Notes under the pieces: generated by a model
What the model saw: the letters and a program-made list of their open reading frames with translations, nothing else
Databases searched by the model: none
Told to the model about the DNA's origin: nothing
In this document: positions 28,397 to 38,414 of the stretch, piece after piece
Position numbering within the stretch: position 1 is the stretch's first letter
How the letters are laid out: the number at the start of each line of letters is the position of its first letter
Made by a program: the position numbers and the translations under genes
Assembly: GCA_963662795.1 (NCBI GenBank)
Contig: OY759746.1
Span: forward strand, 2,976,001-3,040,000
Source of the DNA: Spirochaetia bacterium
Lineage (GTDB): Bacteria; Spirochaetota; Spirochaetia; CADAEX01
Direction: 5' to 3'
Length of the DNA: 64,000 bases

Positions 28397-31300
28397 AACC
28401 GGCGGAATCTCTCCTGCCGCAGCTCTTTCGGGATTCAGGTAATATCATGGGGAAAATGAGAAACAGGGCTGCAGTACCTGATGCAAGACCTCCCAGCAGG
28501 GTACATGCGGCATTGCTTAGAACCGGATTTTTATCAAGAAACGCAGCAGGGACGAGGGCTGCTGCTGTAGTAAGTACAGAAGCTGTAACTGCTTTCATTT
28601 CCCCCTTCACAGATTTTCTGATATCAAAGCAGGTCCCGGTTCTTTCAGAGAATATTATGATTGCGGTGTTTACAACTGTTCCGCTTAAAATAAGTATTCC
28701 AAGAAACGAACTCAGGTTGAATGATCTCCCTGTAATGAATAGAGCCGATATGCTTCCCGATACTGAGAAAGGTATTGTCATCATTATGAATAATGGAATT
28801 GTGAATGACTCGAACTGCGCTCCAAGAAAAAGATAGAGCATCAGAAGGGAAGAGAGAAACAATACTGATATTTCAATAATGTTTTCCCTGCTGACAGAAG
28901 CAGAAACAACTTCTATACTGCTGTCAGCCAATCCTTTTACAAGTTCGAGTAAATCTTTTTTATCAGTTTTTCCAGGAGCCGCGATAACAGTTAGTGCCGG
29001 TTTTCTGTTAATTCTTTCAAGATAGGGATAATTCATCTCATCCGTAACTGCGGCAGAGGATGAAATATCAAATAATCCTTTTTCAAACGGAAATTTGAGA
29101 GACGCAATTTTAAAAGGTGTATCTGTATATTCTCTTTTAAACCTGATCCTTACTTTTTTCCCTGTCTCTCCGTTGAAATTGTTTAATTGAAAAACCCTCC
29201 CTTTTACAGCACCGGCAAGTGTTTCAAATATTTCCATATTATTGATACCTGTCTCAGCAAGTTTTTCATTACTGAATGTTATTTTAAATCCCCTGATATT
29301 TTTTATAAAGTTGCCTGTAAGCTGCAATTCTCCGTCAACAGATTGCAGATATGAAGTGAGGGCTTTAACCTTTCTGCTGCATTCTTCCCTGCTTTTATCC
29401 ATAACCCTTGCTTCGAATAATTCACTTCCTTTGCCCGGCAGGTTATCCATAAAACTGCCTCTGCTTCTGATTACCGCACTTATCTTTCTTTTACTGAAAT
29501 AATTTTCAATGAGGTTTACATACTGGTGTGTATTGCCTGAATAATTATCTGGTCCCCTGATAGAAAGTGAGGCTTTCCAGCAATCTTTTTCTTTAGTGCA
29601 TTTTTCAAAAGGCGAGTTGTTATCATATCCACCTGCCGCATTTACAGATTCGGCTATCCCTTTATCAAGCAGGCTTCGGATTATCGCGGCTGTTCTGGCG
29701 CAGTATTCCTCAATTCGGAAGCCTGGCTGGAAATCAACCTGCGCAGTAACAACATTTTCTGTTCCGTCAGGCGCTGTTTTGAAATCGATAAACGGAATCA
29801 GCAGAAAAGAAGCTGAAAATAATGGAACGAGCAGATATTTTAGATAGCTTTTACCCTTGGTCCATAGCAGATATTTATAATATGAATCTGCAATATTCAT
29901 GGTCATTAAGTTTTTTCTGTCTATGTAATTTAATGGAATCCTTAATATTATGTAAAGTGACGGTGTTAACGTTACAGATACTGCAAATGAGGCAATGATA
30001 AAAATAATAATGGATAAAGCAAGGTCGTAAAAAAGCTTACCTGTAATTCCGGGTATCAGCAATACAGGAATAAATACGATAACGGTAGTTACAGTAGACC
30101 CGGCGGCAGCTGAGACAGTATTCCGGAGCGTTTTACCAATTAAATCAGGACTGACCGGTTGAGTTTTCAGAAGCTTTTCCAGAATTACTATTGAATTGTC
30201 AAAAACCATTCCGCAGCCTATTGCAAGACCTGAAAGCGAAATTATATTTATGCTGACTTTCAGAAAAAACATATAGATGAAAACAATAGATAAAGATGCA
30301 GGAAGTGATATAAAAACTATTGCTGAAATTCTAAAATCCCTGAATATCAGCAGGAGTACCGCGGCGGCTGAAAAAAAACCTATACCAATTGTGACATACA
30401 GACTCTTAAGAGAGGAGGAGAGCGAAACTGAGGAATCCTCAATAATACTGATATGAAAATCATTCCTGAAAATACTCTGCATTTTGGTGATACTTTTTTT
30501 AAGCCGTTTTGAGGTGCCTATCAGCCCCGTATATCCTGATTTTATGATTTCTATTCCAATACATTCTTCAATTCTTTCTCTGTCGCCGGAAATGAAAAAG
30601 GAATTATTTTCTTCCTCTGTTTCATAGATATCAGCAATATCACCAATCCTGAGAGCATTATCCCGGACAGCTGAAATTTTATTGAGATCACTTGTGCCTT
30701 TAATATCTGTTTTTGCTTTTACCCTGAATTCCCTGATATCATTATCTATTTTGCCAACCGGATAGTTGAAAACTGCCTCTGCAACGGAGGTGCTGATTTC
30801 ATCAAGAGGAATCCCTGTGTTTATGAGCTTTGGATAATCGATATCTATTACAATTTCTTTTTTCCCTGAACCTGATATTCTGACCTCTGCTACACCTTCA
30901 ACTGCGAGGAGCCGTGTCTTCATCTCTTTATCAACCAGATCGCAAATATCAGACGGCTTCTTTCCTTCAGCGGGAAATATCCCGAGAGTCATAAACGGTG
31001 TTTCAAATATGTTTTTAAAAATGACCACAGGTTTTGACGCCTTGTCAGGAAGAAAGGCGTATGCAATGTCAATTTTTTCTTTTATCTCTGCGTCTGCTGA
31101 ATTGATACCGGTATTCATACCCAATAAAATATTCACAGAGCATATGCCGTCTTTTGAAACTGATTTAATTTCTTTTATCCCCCTGACTGTCGAAAGGGTA
31201 TTCTCAAGAGGAATTGCTACAAGCTGTTCCATTTCACGGGCATTCATCTCAGGGTGACTGCATATAACAGAAGCTTCAGGAATTTCAATTTCAGGGTAAA

Positions 31301-31406
31301 GATTAATTTCTAGATGATGAGCGCTCAAGAGTCCTGTAAACATCACTCCTGCATAAATCATCAGTACAGAAACCGGATGTTCTGAGCAAAGCGATGATAT
31401 CCTCAC
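28389..31406 (-). CDS. divergent RND (AcrB/AcrD/AcrF family) permease, subunit 1
   Basis: PVSVLM, EMEQLVAIPLE, GMVFDNSIVILE, GSTVTTVIVFIP, LGAQFESFTIP. Confidence 0.9.
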   Translation of the reverse strand: MRISSLCSEHPVSVLMIYAGVMFTGLLSAHHLEINLYPEIEIPEASVICSHPEMNAREMEQLVAIPLENTLSTVRGIKEIKSVSKDGICSVNILLGMNTGINSADAEIKEKIDIAYAFLPDKASKPVVIFKNIFETPFMTLGIFPAEGKKPSDICDLVDKEMKTRLLAVEGVAEVRISGSGKKEIVIDIDYPKLINTGIPLDEISTSVAEAVFNYPVGKIDNDIREFRVKAKTDIKGTSDLNKISAVRDNALRIGDIADIYETEEENNSFFISGDRERIEECIGIEIIKSGYTGLIGTSKRLKKSITKMQSIFRNDFHISIIEDSSVSLSSSLKSLYVTIGIGFFSAAAVLLLIFRDFRISAIVFISLPASLSIVFIYMFFLKVSINIISLSGLAIGCGMVFDNSIVILEKLLKTQPVSPDLIGKTLRNTVSAAAGSTVTTVIVFIPVLLIPGITGKLFYDLALSIIIFIIASFAVSVTLTPSLYIILRIPLNYIDRKNLMTMNIADSYYKYLLWTKGKSYLKYLLVPLFSASFLLIPFIDFKTAPDGTENVVTAQVDFQPGFRIEEYCARTAAIIRSLLDKGIAESVNAAGGYDNNSPFEKCTKEKDCWKASLSIRGPDNYSGNTHQYVNLIENYFSKRKISAVIRSRGSFMDNLPGKGSELFEARVMDKSREECSRKVKALTSYLQSVDGELQLTGNFIKNIRGFKITFSNEKLAETGINNMEIFETLAGAVKGRVFQLNNFNGETGKKVRIRFKREYTDTPFKIASLKFPFEKGLFDISSSAAVTDEMNYPYLERINRKPALTVIAAPGKTDKKDLLELVKGLADSSIEVVSASVSRENIIEISVLFLSSLLMLYLFLGAQFESFTIPLFIMMTIPFSVSGSISALFITGRSFNLSSFLGILILSGTVVNTAIIIFSERTGTCFDIRKSVKGEMKAVTASVLTTAAALVPAAFLDKNPVLSNAACTLLGGLASGTAALFLIFPMILPESRKSCGRRDSAGYE

Positions 31407-32830
31407 AGACTGTTTACCTGTATTACTTCATCTTTCTCAAGTGTATTGCCGGAAGAGTCTTCCAGTGCTGAATCAACTATTATTCTGAAAACAGAGGGGT
31501 TTATGCCTGCACTTATTATGCATTCTATCCTCACAATATATTCACTGATGCCCGGGAGGGTGGGAGTGCCGGGAAGGGGAGGCGGCAGGGCTTCCATGGC
31601 AGGATTGATAATTCTTCTTTGTTCTACAGAGAGATCTCCATTTACAGTAAGAAAATCAACTGAACTGAAAATAGTGTAATCACTTAAAACAGCACCTTCC
31701 GCCAGATGAAAATAAAGATCAAAAAAAGCATTATCTGATGATAAAAAACTTATTGAGCTGTTAAGGGTGAAATTTTCAAAAATAGGATTTATACTGTCTC
31801 CGCAGAAGGTTATACCTGATAACAGAGGAGGGCGGGAAGAAGGATCATCAGTCATCAGCCTGTATGTCTTTTTATCAATAATGATTTCATAAATATTTTC
31901 AAATTCAAGAATACCGCTGAATGTTACTGTGCATTCTGAAAAATTATTATTCCAGCTGAAACTATAAGGCGAATAAGGTTCAACTGTAACTGGATTCATT
32001 TTTATTGAATCAGGTACACTGCCTTCAAATAATGCCAGAAATGATTCCCTGCAGCTTACTCCGTTATTGACCGGTATATCAGCTGTGTCATAATATTCGC
32101 TTCCTTCTGTACTGCCGAACCATTTAACCGAAAAAGGGAGACTCTCTTCCGGCTTAAAGGAGAAACTGAAATTGTTTTTAAGATTATTACCTGAAAGATC
32201 TTTCAGTGAATCTGATATTTCCACTTTATAATATCTGCCGGGCTGCAGATTTTCCACCGGTGTAAAACATGCTTCTTCCCCGGTGCTGCTGAAACTGATA
32301 AACCCTTTTACATCAGGAGTAATGGAAAATGCAGAATAAAAGCTTTCCTCCTTTATTTTTTCAGAAAATACAACTGTAATTACAGGAGAGCTGCTTTCAA
32401 TTATTTCATTGTCAGCCGGGGTGGTTGAGATGATACGCGGTTCATCTGTCTTTGCTGAAGTTGTAAACGTAAAAATAAACTTTTCTGACAGTGAATTCCC
32501 GTATCTGTCTTCAGCGTTCCGGGATACTGATATTTCATAGCTGCTTTCAGGAGTAAAGCCGACGGTTGGAATAAAAATAAGGGAATTGCCTTTCCATGAA
32601 AATCTTCCGGAAACCTTGCTGCCGTTTCTGGAAAGTGAAAAAGCATTTTCAGTTTTACTCTTCTCCATATCGCCTGAAAAATCAATAACAACTGCATCAA
32701 TCTCATTTGCGCAGATAAAGTTTTCGGACGGAACTGTTCCGGTTACTGTTACCGCATTCATGTTGAGGTACTCATCAATCATGCTGCATCCTGATATGAT
32801 AAAAAAAATAAGGAATACAGGTATTCTCAT
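31403..32830 (-). CDS. Ig-like (Big_5-type) repeat lipoprotein
   Basis: lipobox ISGC; repeats such as IISTTPADNE...ITVVFSEKI...FTPVENLQPGRYYKVEISDSLKDLSGNNL...FSFSF. Confidence 0.8.
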   Translation of the reverse strand: MRIPVFLIFFIISGCSMIDEYLNMNAVTVTGTVPSENFICANEIDAVVIDFSGDMEKSKTENAFSLSRNGSKVSGRFSWKGNSLIFIPTVGFTPESSYEISVSRNAEDRYGNSLSEKFIFTFTTSAKTDEPRIISTTPADNEIIESSSPVITVVFSEKIKEESFYSAFSITPDVKGFISFSSTGEEACFTPVENLQPGRYYKVEISDSLKDLSGNNLKNNFSFSFKPEESLPFSVKWFGSTEGSEYYDTADIPVNNGVSCRESFLALFEGSVPDSIKMNPVTVEPYSPYSFSWNNNFSECTVTFSGILEFENIYEIIIDKKTYRLMTDDPSSRPPLLSGITFCGDSINPIFENFTLNSSISFLSSDNAFFDLYFHLAEGAVLSDYTIFSSVDFLTVNGDLSVEQRRIINPAMEALPPPLPGTPTLPGISEYIVRIECIISAGINPSVFRIIVDSALEDSSGNTLEKDEVIQVNSL

Positions 32831-32840
32831 TTTCCAGTCC

Positions 32841-34286
32841 CTATCTTGCCCTTAGAAGCTGTTTAATTTCTTTTTTCAAAAAACTGCCTTCATTATTGAT
32901 AATTCCGGATTCACCTCCTTTAATTTTAAGCAGGTAATAATGAAATATATTTTCATCGCTGCTGTATGGGGTGAAGCCGATGTAATTAATAATCAGTCTG
33001 TAATCTGAAAACCATGAATATTTTGCCGGCCAGGGACTCCCTCCTGACGGCGGATAAATACAGGAAAGACTGATGTTGTTCTGCGCCGAAAACTTTGATT
33101 TATCATCAAAGAACGGCCTTGAAAAATTGAAAGTAAAGTAATAGGAGTAGGGCGAGCTTACTCCATATGGCTGTATATCGATGCATGTTCTTTCACTGAA
33201 AGATGAGACAGGAAAGCCGTCCTCTGCTCTTCCGTCGATTTCAGATAGCTTGAGTTCAGCAATATCAGGTGTAAATATCTCTTCATAATTTTCCCTTAAA
33301 TATATCCCTGCCTCTGATGCCGCTCCCTTTGATATAAATAACAGATATTCAGTCCCCTGTTTCCATCCTTTTTCAGGTATAAAAACAAGCGCAGCGCTTT
33401 CCGGCCAGAAATATCTCCCCGCAATATAAGGTGTAATAGCCAAAGCATTTTCAGTTGTTTCCGTATTCATTGGCTTTGAAAAAATTATTTTAAGTGCATC
33501 ACTGTATTTTAATGAATTTAAATCGCTGTTTAGTGAGGGGAACTGTGCGGCAAAATCACTGACAGCAGAATCTGTCGACAATATTTCAGGTATCTCATGA
33601 TCTTCATCCGTATAGAGTGTAAAACTGTATCCTTCAGCCAGCGGTATCTCTTCAGCATCCTTTATTTCGTCAGTGATATCAAAAGTATAGACTGTAAGAT
33701 TTTCCCATTTGTCATCCGGTATTATGCTTACTTCGTCCTTTTTCATACTCCATTCGGTGTTAAAACTGATTCCGGGAGAAATACTGAATCCTTTTTTAAA
33801 TGAAATATCATTCATCTCTTTTGTGAAAAGAATTCTTATTTTTTCTGATCCTGAAATTACTGACCCTCCCGGTGGACTTATTTCCCTGATTACCGGTATA
33901 TCAGCTGCTGCAGTTTCAAAATAGAAAGGCAGTAAGACATTGACAAGAGTTTTACCTCCGTTCCTGCGGAGTACACTTCCGTTAAATTCAAAGGTATATA
34001 TTCTTCCGCTTATAGGTTTTTTTTCAGGTGTGAAAATCAGCCTGCTGCTTTTCCAGCTTAAACTGCCTCCCACATTACCGCTGTAATCAGAAATACTGAA
34101 AAATGATTCAGCAGAGATTTTATCAGGAGCAAAGCCGAATTCTATAAAAATATCATCAGTCCGGGACAGTACCTGGTACCTGTTTGAAGGATTTGTTTTG
34201 AATTCAATATTTGGAGAGAGATCAATTATTTCGCATGCAGCTATCTGCATGCTGAACAGCAAAAGCAACATATAGCGGAGAATCAT
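32841..34286 (-). CDS. Ig-like (Big_5-type) repeat lipoprotein
   Basis: lipobox IAAC; repeats IREISPPGGS...IRILFTKEM...YTFDITDEIKDAEEIPL...YSFTL and IIFSKPM...FIP...YLLFI. Confidence 0.8.
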   Translation of the reverse strand: MILRYMLLLLFSMQIAACEIIDLSPNIEFKTNPSNRYQVLSRTDDIFIEFGFAPDKISAESFFSISDYSGNVGGSLSWKSSRLIFTPEKKPISGRIYTFEFNGSVLRRNGGKTLVNVLLPFYFETAAADIPVIREISPPGGSVISGSEKIRILFTKEMNDISFKKGFSISPGISFNTEWSMKKDEVSIIPDDKWENLTVYTFDITDEIKDAEEIPLAEGYSFTLYTDEDHEIPEILSTDSAVSDFAAQFPSLNSDLNSLKYSDALKIIFSKPMNTETTENALAITPYIAGRYFWPESAALVFIPEKGWKQGTEYLLFISKGAASEAGIYLRENYEEIFTPDIAELKLSEIDGRAEDGFPVSSFSERTCIDIQPYGVSSPYSYYFTFNFSRPFFDDKSKFSAQNNISLSCIYPPSGGSPWPAKYSWFSDYRLIINYIGFTPYSSDENIFHYYLLKIKGGESGIINNEGSFLKKEIKQLLRAR

Positions 34287-35641
34287 TTTGTAATCTCCAC
34301 CTTCATTCCGTCTGTCATCCGTTTATCCGGATCAAGGCATACAATTTCACCTGAGATGTCAGCTCCAGGGTCGTCAATATCTTCGCAATTACGGATAAAG
34401 GCCCTGTTATCCTGAACAAACGACACATCGATTTCTTTTTTAAACAGTGTATTATTTCTTACTATAAAAACAGAAGGAATATTTGTTTTTTCATCTTTTA
34501 ATAAAGCAGCTTCAGGTATGACTGTGTAGAATTTATTTTCACCAGTGCGGATGCTGACCTTTACAAAGCTTCCCGGGATGAGAAGGTTATTACTGTTATC
34601 CGCAAGTATTTTTATCTCCCTGCTTCTGCTGGAAGGATTAATGACAGGTGAAATCAGCTCAACTGTCCCTGTAATTGCAGCATAATCAGTTAAAGCAGAG
34701 GCCGGATTTCCCTTCCGGATTTCGAAGGATCTGAGCTCACCGATTTCAACCCGTAGATAGACTTTGCTGCTGTCGAAGATTGTGAATAGCCTTGTTCCGG
34801 GTTCTACTTTTTCGCCCCTGTCCATTTCTCTTTTTCCAATTATTCCTGAAATGGGAGAGAGTATTTCAGTCTCTTTAATCAATAAATCTATAATTGCAAG
34901 TTCGGCCAGAACAGCATTGAGATCAGATTCAGCGGCATTTCTCTCTGCCTTGAGAATTGAGGTATTAATTCTTTTAACTATTTCATTGCGCTTACCTGTC
35001 TCATGAGGAACGGGATAGCCTGCACTCAGGATATCAGAATCCCTGTATCCGCATTTTAAAATATCAAGATCGTTTTGTGCGCTTGCTGTTTCGTATGATG
35101 CATTTATAAAAGCCATTTTATAATTTTCCAGTTCTTCAGGAGAAAGTCCTCCGGCCTCATAAAGCTGCTTTTTGTTCGCATATATCCTTTCCATGTTGGC
35201 AAGTTCTGCATTTTTCTGGTCAAGATATGCTTCACCTGATTTTATTGCTATTATTTTTTGTTCTGCTTCAAGCAGGCCGGCTTTAAGTCTTTCATCAGCA
35301 AGTGATAAAAGTGATTTTTTGGATTCTACAGCAGCAGAGGCTTCCATCCTCTGAAGAAGCAGTTTTTCCTGTCTGAGTTTTGCAAGAATATCTCCTGTAT
35401 TTACTTTATCCCCTTCTTCAAAATAAATGTTTTCAATATACCCTTCCGCCGGGGGAAATACATCAGCTTTTGAATAATAGAGAACTGTGCCGAAACCGGA
35501 TACGGAAGGGGCTGTATTCTCTGTTTCTGTTTCTGCAGTCCGTATCTGTACCGGGTGATATTCTGACTCAGGCACGGTTTCTTTGCAGGCTGTGATTACA
35601 GGAGAAAACAATAACAATAATTTTATTATATTAAATAACAT
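34283..35641 (-). CDS. RND periplasmic adaptor (membrane fusion protein), lipoprotein
   Basis: lipoyl halves EEGDKVNTGDILAKL and ILSPISGII, long coiled coil, LLIPGSFV, VIPEAAL; lipobox ITAC. Confidence 0.9.
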   Translation of the reverse strand: MLFNIIKLLLLFSPVITACKETVPESEYHPVQIRTAETETENTAPSVSGFGTVLYYSKADVFPPAEGYIENIYFEEGDKVNTGDILAKLRQEKLLLQRMEASAAVESKKSLLSLADERLKAGLLEAEQKIIAIKSGEAYLDQKNAELANMERIYANKKQLYEAGGLSPEELENYKMAFINASYETASAQNDLDILKCGYRDSDILSAGYPVPHETGKRNEIVKRINTSILKAERNAAESDLNAVLAELAIIDLLIKETEILSPISGIIGKREMDRGEKVEPGTRLFTIFDSSKVYLRVEIGELRSFEIRKGNPASALTDYAAITGTVELISPVINPSSRSREIKILADNSNNLLIPGSFVKVSIRTGENKFYTVIPEAALLKDEKTNIPSVFIVRNNTLFKKEIDVSFVQDNRAFIRNCEDIDDPGADISGEIVCLDPDKRMTDGMKVEITK

Positions 35642-35667
35642 GCAATCACCTGTACTGACGCTCTAAA

Positions 35668-37056
35668 TCATTTAATAAGAAATCCAGCCGTATCTTTGAT
35701 GTTAATAATGCCGCATAACCTTAACAGCCTGATTTCCTTTCTGTATAATTCGGAAACCGAATCAAGCAGCCTGATTTTTTCTTTTACAAGTGCAATACCA
35801 TTTTCAATAAAATCAATTCTTTTAATTTCTCCAAGCGCAAGCTGAAGTTTTTCAATTTCCTCTTTTCTTTCAGATACTTTCAGTTTCCTTCTTAATAAAC
35901 CAAGTTCTTTAACACCTGATTCAATTTCAATAAAAAGTTTCCTTATTTCAAATTCATTATTCAAAAGAAATGAGCTTAATTCATATTCCCTTCTTTTCAA
36001 TGCAGCTTCGGCACCTTCTTTAAGGTAATAGTTTTCAAGTCCTCCAAACGGCGAGGTTTCCGCTGTTAAACTCCTTGATCTTTCATTAATATTCTCACTT
36101 CCTGCAGACCCTGTTATTGATAAGGGGATTCCGGGATAATTGAAACTTAATGATAATGAAATGGAAAAACCTTTCTCCGTCAGAGGGAAGTCCTCTCCCG
36201 CTATAAAAAATGAACCTGCTGCCGATACTTCAGGAAATTTATTTGATGCAAGCCGGTATTCATTTTTTGCTTTTTCAAGAGAAAGCACCAATTCTTTGAT
36301 TGTACTGCTGTTCCCGGCTGAATTTCCTATATAATAATCAATGCATTGATGAAGGAATCCGTTATAATCAGGATTGATACTTCCTGCCAATACAGGGGTA
36401 AGCCCTGACGGCAGCTCAAGAAGACGGGAGAAGACAAAAATTATTCTTTTTTCTTCGAGATAAAGATTCTGAATGTCCTCCTCCATTCCGGTAACAGCGA
36501 TTTCCATTTCAAGAAGATCAACTTCTGTAATTTCACCAAGCTCCTTCTCTTTTTCTGCTATTTTCAGTTGCAGATAAGCGCTTTCAACCGCATCCCTGCT
36601 GATATCTATCTCAATTTTTATTCTCAGAATATCAACATATGAGCTGATCAGCTCAAAAATGAAATCTTCAAGCTGCTGGGTAATTTTAAATTTCCCCAGA
36701 GCAGTTTCTTTCTTCATTATTTTAATAGCTGATGAGAGTAATCCTTTTTCATAAATTCTCTGTTTGAGACCTGCGGATATTTTCTTTTCCCTTGAATCCG
36801 GATTCCAGTATGATACTGATGTATATTCTGAATAGCCCAGATTTATTTCAGGGAGAAAATTCCTGTACATTAGTTTCAGATTTTTTTCCGCAACTGATAT
36901 CTCTTTACCTGTTAAAATAAATTCCCTGTTGTTTTTTAAAGCTGTATCTATTGCCTTGTTTATATCAAAAGAAACTGTTTCTCCGTCAGCAAAAAGAAAT
37001 AAGCATGCTGACTTCAGTAAAATCATAAAAGCCGGAATACAGGTTTGTCTTTTCAT
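35668..37056 (-). CDS. TolC family outer membrane channel
   Basis: AIDTALKNN, FLPEINL, LGEITEVDLL / LGEIKRIDFI helical repeats. Confidence 0.85.
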   Translation of the reverse strand: MKRQTCIPAFMILLKSACLFLFADGETVSFDINKAIDTALKNNREFILTGKEISVAEKNLKLMYRNFLPEINLGYSEYTSVSYWNPDSREKKISAGLKQRIYEKGLLSSAIKIMKKETALGKFKITQQLEDFIFELISSYVDILRIKIEIDISRDAVESAYLQLKIAEKEKELGEITEVDLLEMEIAVTGMEEDIQNLYLEEKRIIFVFSRLLELPSGLTPVLAGSINPDYNGFLHQCIDYYIGNSAGNSSTIKELVLSLEKAKNEYRLASNKFPEVSAAGSFFIAGEDFPLTEKGFSISLSLSFNYPGIPLSITGSAGSENINERSRSLTAETSPFGGLENYYLKEGAEAALKRREYELSSFLLNNEFEIRKLFIEIESGVKELGLLRRKLKVSERKEEIEKLQLALGEIKRIDFIENGIALVKEKIRLLDSVSELYRKEIRLLRLCGIINIKDTAGFLIK

Positions 37057-37068
37057 ATTTAATGATTT

Positions 37069-37581
37069 TTATAATCCTGTTTGCCTGATCCCCTTTTTCA
37101 GGATTCTGTAAAGATATAAATTGGATGATATTGTATTTGCACTTTCTTCTGTAACAAATACTGCCTTAAGCACTCTTTTTCTCTCTTTTGTGTAGATTAC
37201 TATTTCAAGTGTTACAGTATTCAGGGCATCAAACCCCTTAAGGAAAGAATCTTCCTTGAGAACAACATCAGCAGGGTACCTTTCCTCTTTTATCCCTGCC
37301 TGCGCGTTTATGTTTTTTTCTGCCAGCAGAAATTCAAGAATATATTCACAATTATTTTTTACCGATTCGCTGCCGATTACTTTTCTTACTGTAATATTTT
37401 CAACTCTGATACCGCTTTTTCTCATAACAGCTTCCTCGGAGGGGCTTGTTCCATCCTCACTGACAAATAATACACTTTCCTCTATTGCGTGTTCAAAAAC
37501 AGCGCAGGAAGCAATAATGCCTGCCAAAGTAATTACCAGGATAAACATAAAGTTTTTTACTTTTCTAACGCATTTGCTCAT
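37069..37581 (-). CDS. hypothetical lipoprotein
   Basis: hydrophobic leader with IASC lipobox; lies inside the operon; start uncertain. Confidence 0.6.
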   Translation of the reverse strand: MSKCVRKVKNFMFILVITLAGIIASCAVFEHAIEESVLFVSEDGTSPSEEAVMRKSGIRVENITVRKVIGSESVKNNCEYILEFLLAEKNINAQAGIKEERYPADVVLKEDSFLKGFDALNTVTLEIVIYTKERKRVLKAVFVTEESANTISSNLYLYRILKKGIRQTGL

Positions 37582-38245
37582 AAACTGCCCTGACCGAATT
37601 ATAAAGTTCATGATCTTCACCCAGTATGTTTAATGCCTTTTCCAGTTCATCTGCCGCCTTATCCCTGATGGAAAAAGATGCGTAAATTTCAGCGAGATCA
37701 AGGTGAGCCTCCGCTATTTCATCCTCGATTAAAAAGGATTTTTTGTAGTATTCCATTGCCTCAGGATAATTGTGATTCTCTTTCATTATTTGCCCGTTGA
37801 GTATCAGCAGTGAAGTATCTTCCGGTGAATCTTCAAAAAGCACATTGAGAAGAGCTTCTGCTTTATTCAAATCTCCTTTTGCCATATAAGTCCTGCAGAG
37901 CCATTTCCCGTAATTTATGTTATGCGGTTTGTTTTCATAAGCTTTAAGAAAATATTTTTCTGATTCTGACGGATTTTCGGTAAAAAAATGGATCCGTCCT
38001 GCTAGTTCAAGAGCAGGGGTAAACAGGGGCGCTTTTTTTTCTATTGTACATAGAATCTCAAGAGCTGTTTTTGAGTCGCCTTTAATGTAACAGTTTTTTG
38101 CTTTCTGATAATTTTGTATGGCTTCACTGTTTATTTGCGAAGTTGTACCTGCGGATTTCCCGGGTGCGAAATCCGCTTGCCTTAAGCAGCAGGAACTCAG
38201 AAGCATAAAAACCAAAACCCGGTATAATGCTTTTTTCAGATTCAT
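37565..38245 (-). CDS. TPR repeat lipoprotein
   Basis: lipobox LSSC; several TPRs (AHLDLAEIY...A..ELEKAL). Confidence 0.8.
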   Translation of the reverse strand: MNLKKALYRVLVFMLLSSCCLRQADFAPGKSAGTTSQINSEAIQNYQKAKNCYIKGDSKTALEILCTIEKKAPLFTPALELAGRIHFFTENPSESEKYFLKAYENKPHNINYGKWLCRTYMAKGDLNKAEALLNVLFEDSPEDTSLLILNGQIMKENHNYPEAMEYYKKSFLIEDEIAEAHLDLAEIYASFSIRDKAADELEKALNILGEDHELYNSVRAVYEQMR

Positions 38246-38339
38246 AAAAGTAATAACAGACGATCTGTCAGGTCTGATTTAAGTAAAGCTATTAATTAAT
38301 TCAAATCAATAAAGTTTTTTCTGCAGTTTTGAGGTGAAT

Positions 38340-38367
38340 AAAAAAACCGGCTCCATGGCGGAGCCGG
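38340..38367 (-). terminator. rho-independent terminator after the acyl-CoA/ACP ligase gene
   Basis: CCGGCTCC/GGAGCCGG stem followed by T7 on the minus strand. Confidence 0.75.
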
Positions 38368-38414
38368 AAATAATACATTATTGTTAAAAATTGTGCAGAC
38401 TGTCTGTTAAAGCC

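Noticed and set aside
27771-28442. 223-aa plus-strand ORF and the many other 60-157 aa antisense/overlapping ORFs in the track
   Set aside because: They are shadows of well-supported genes, with Ser/Ile/Phe-rich antisense composition and no motifs or RBS
25559-31406. CusA/CzcA heavy-metal efflux pump
   Set aside because: No clear Met/His metal-binding signature, metal chaperone or metal regulator was seen
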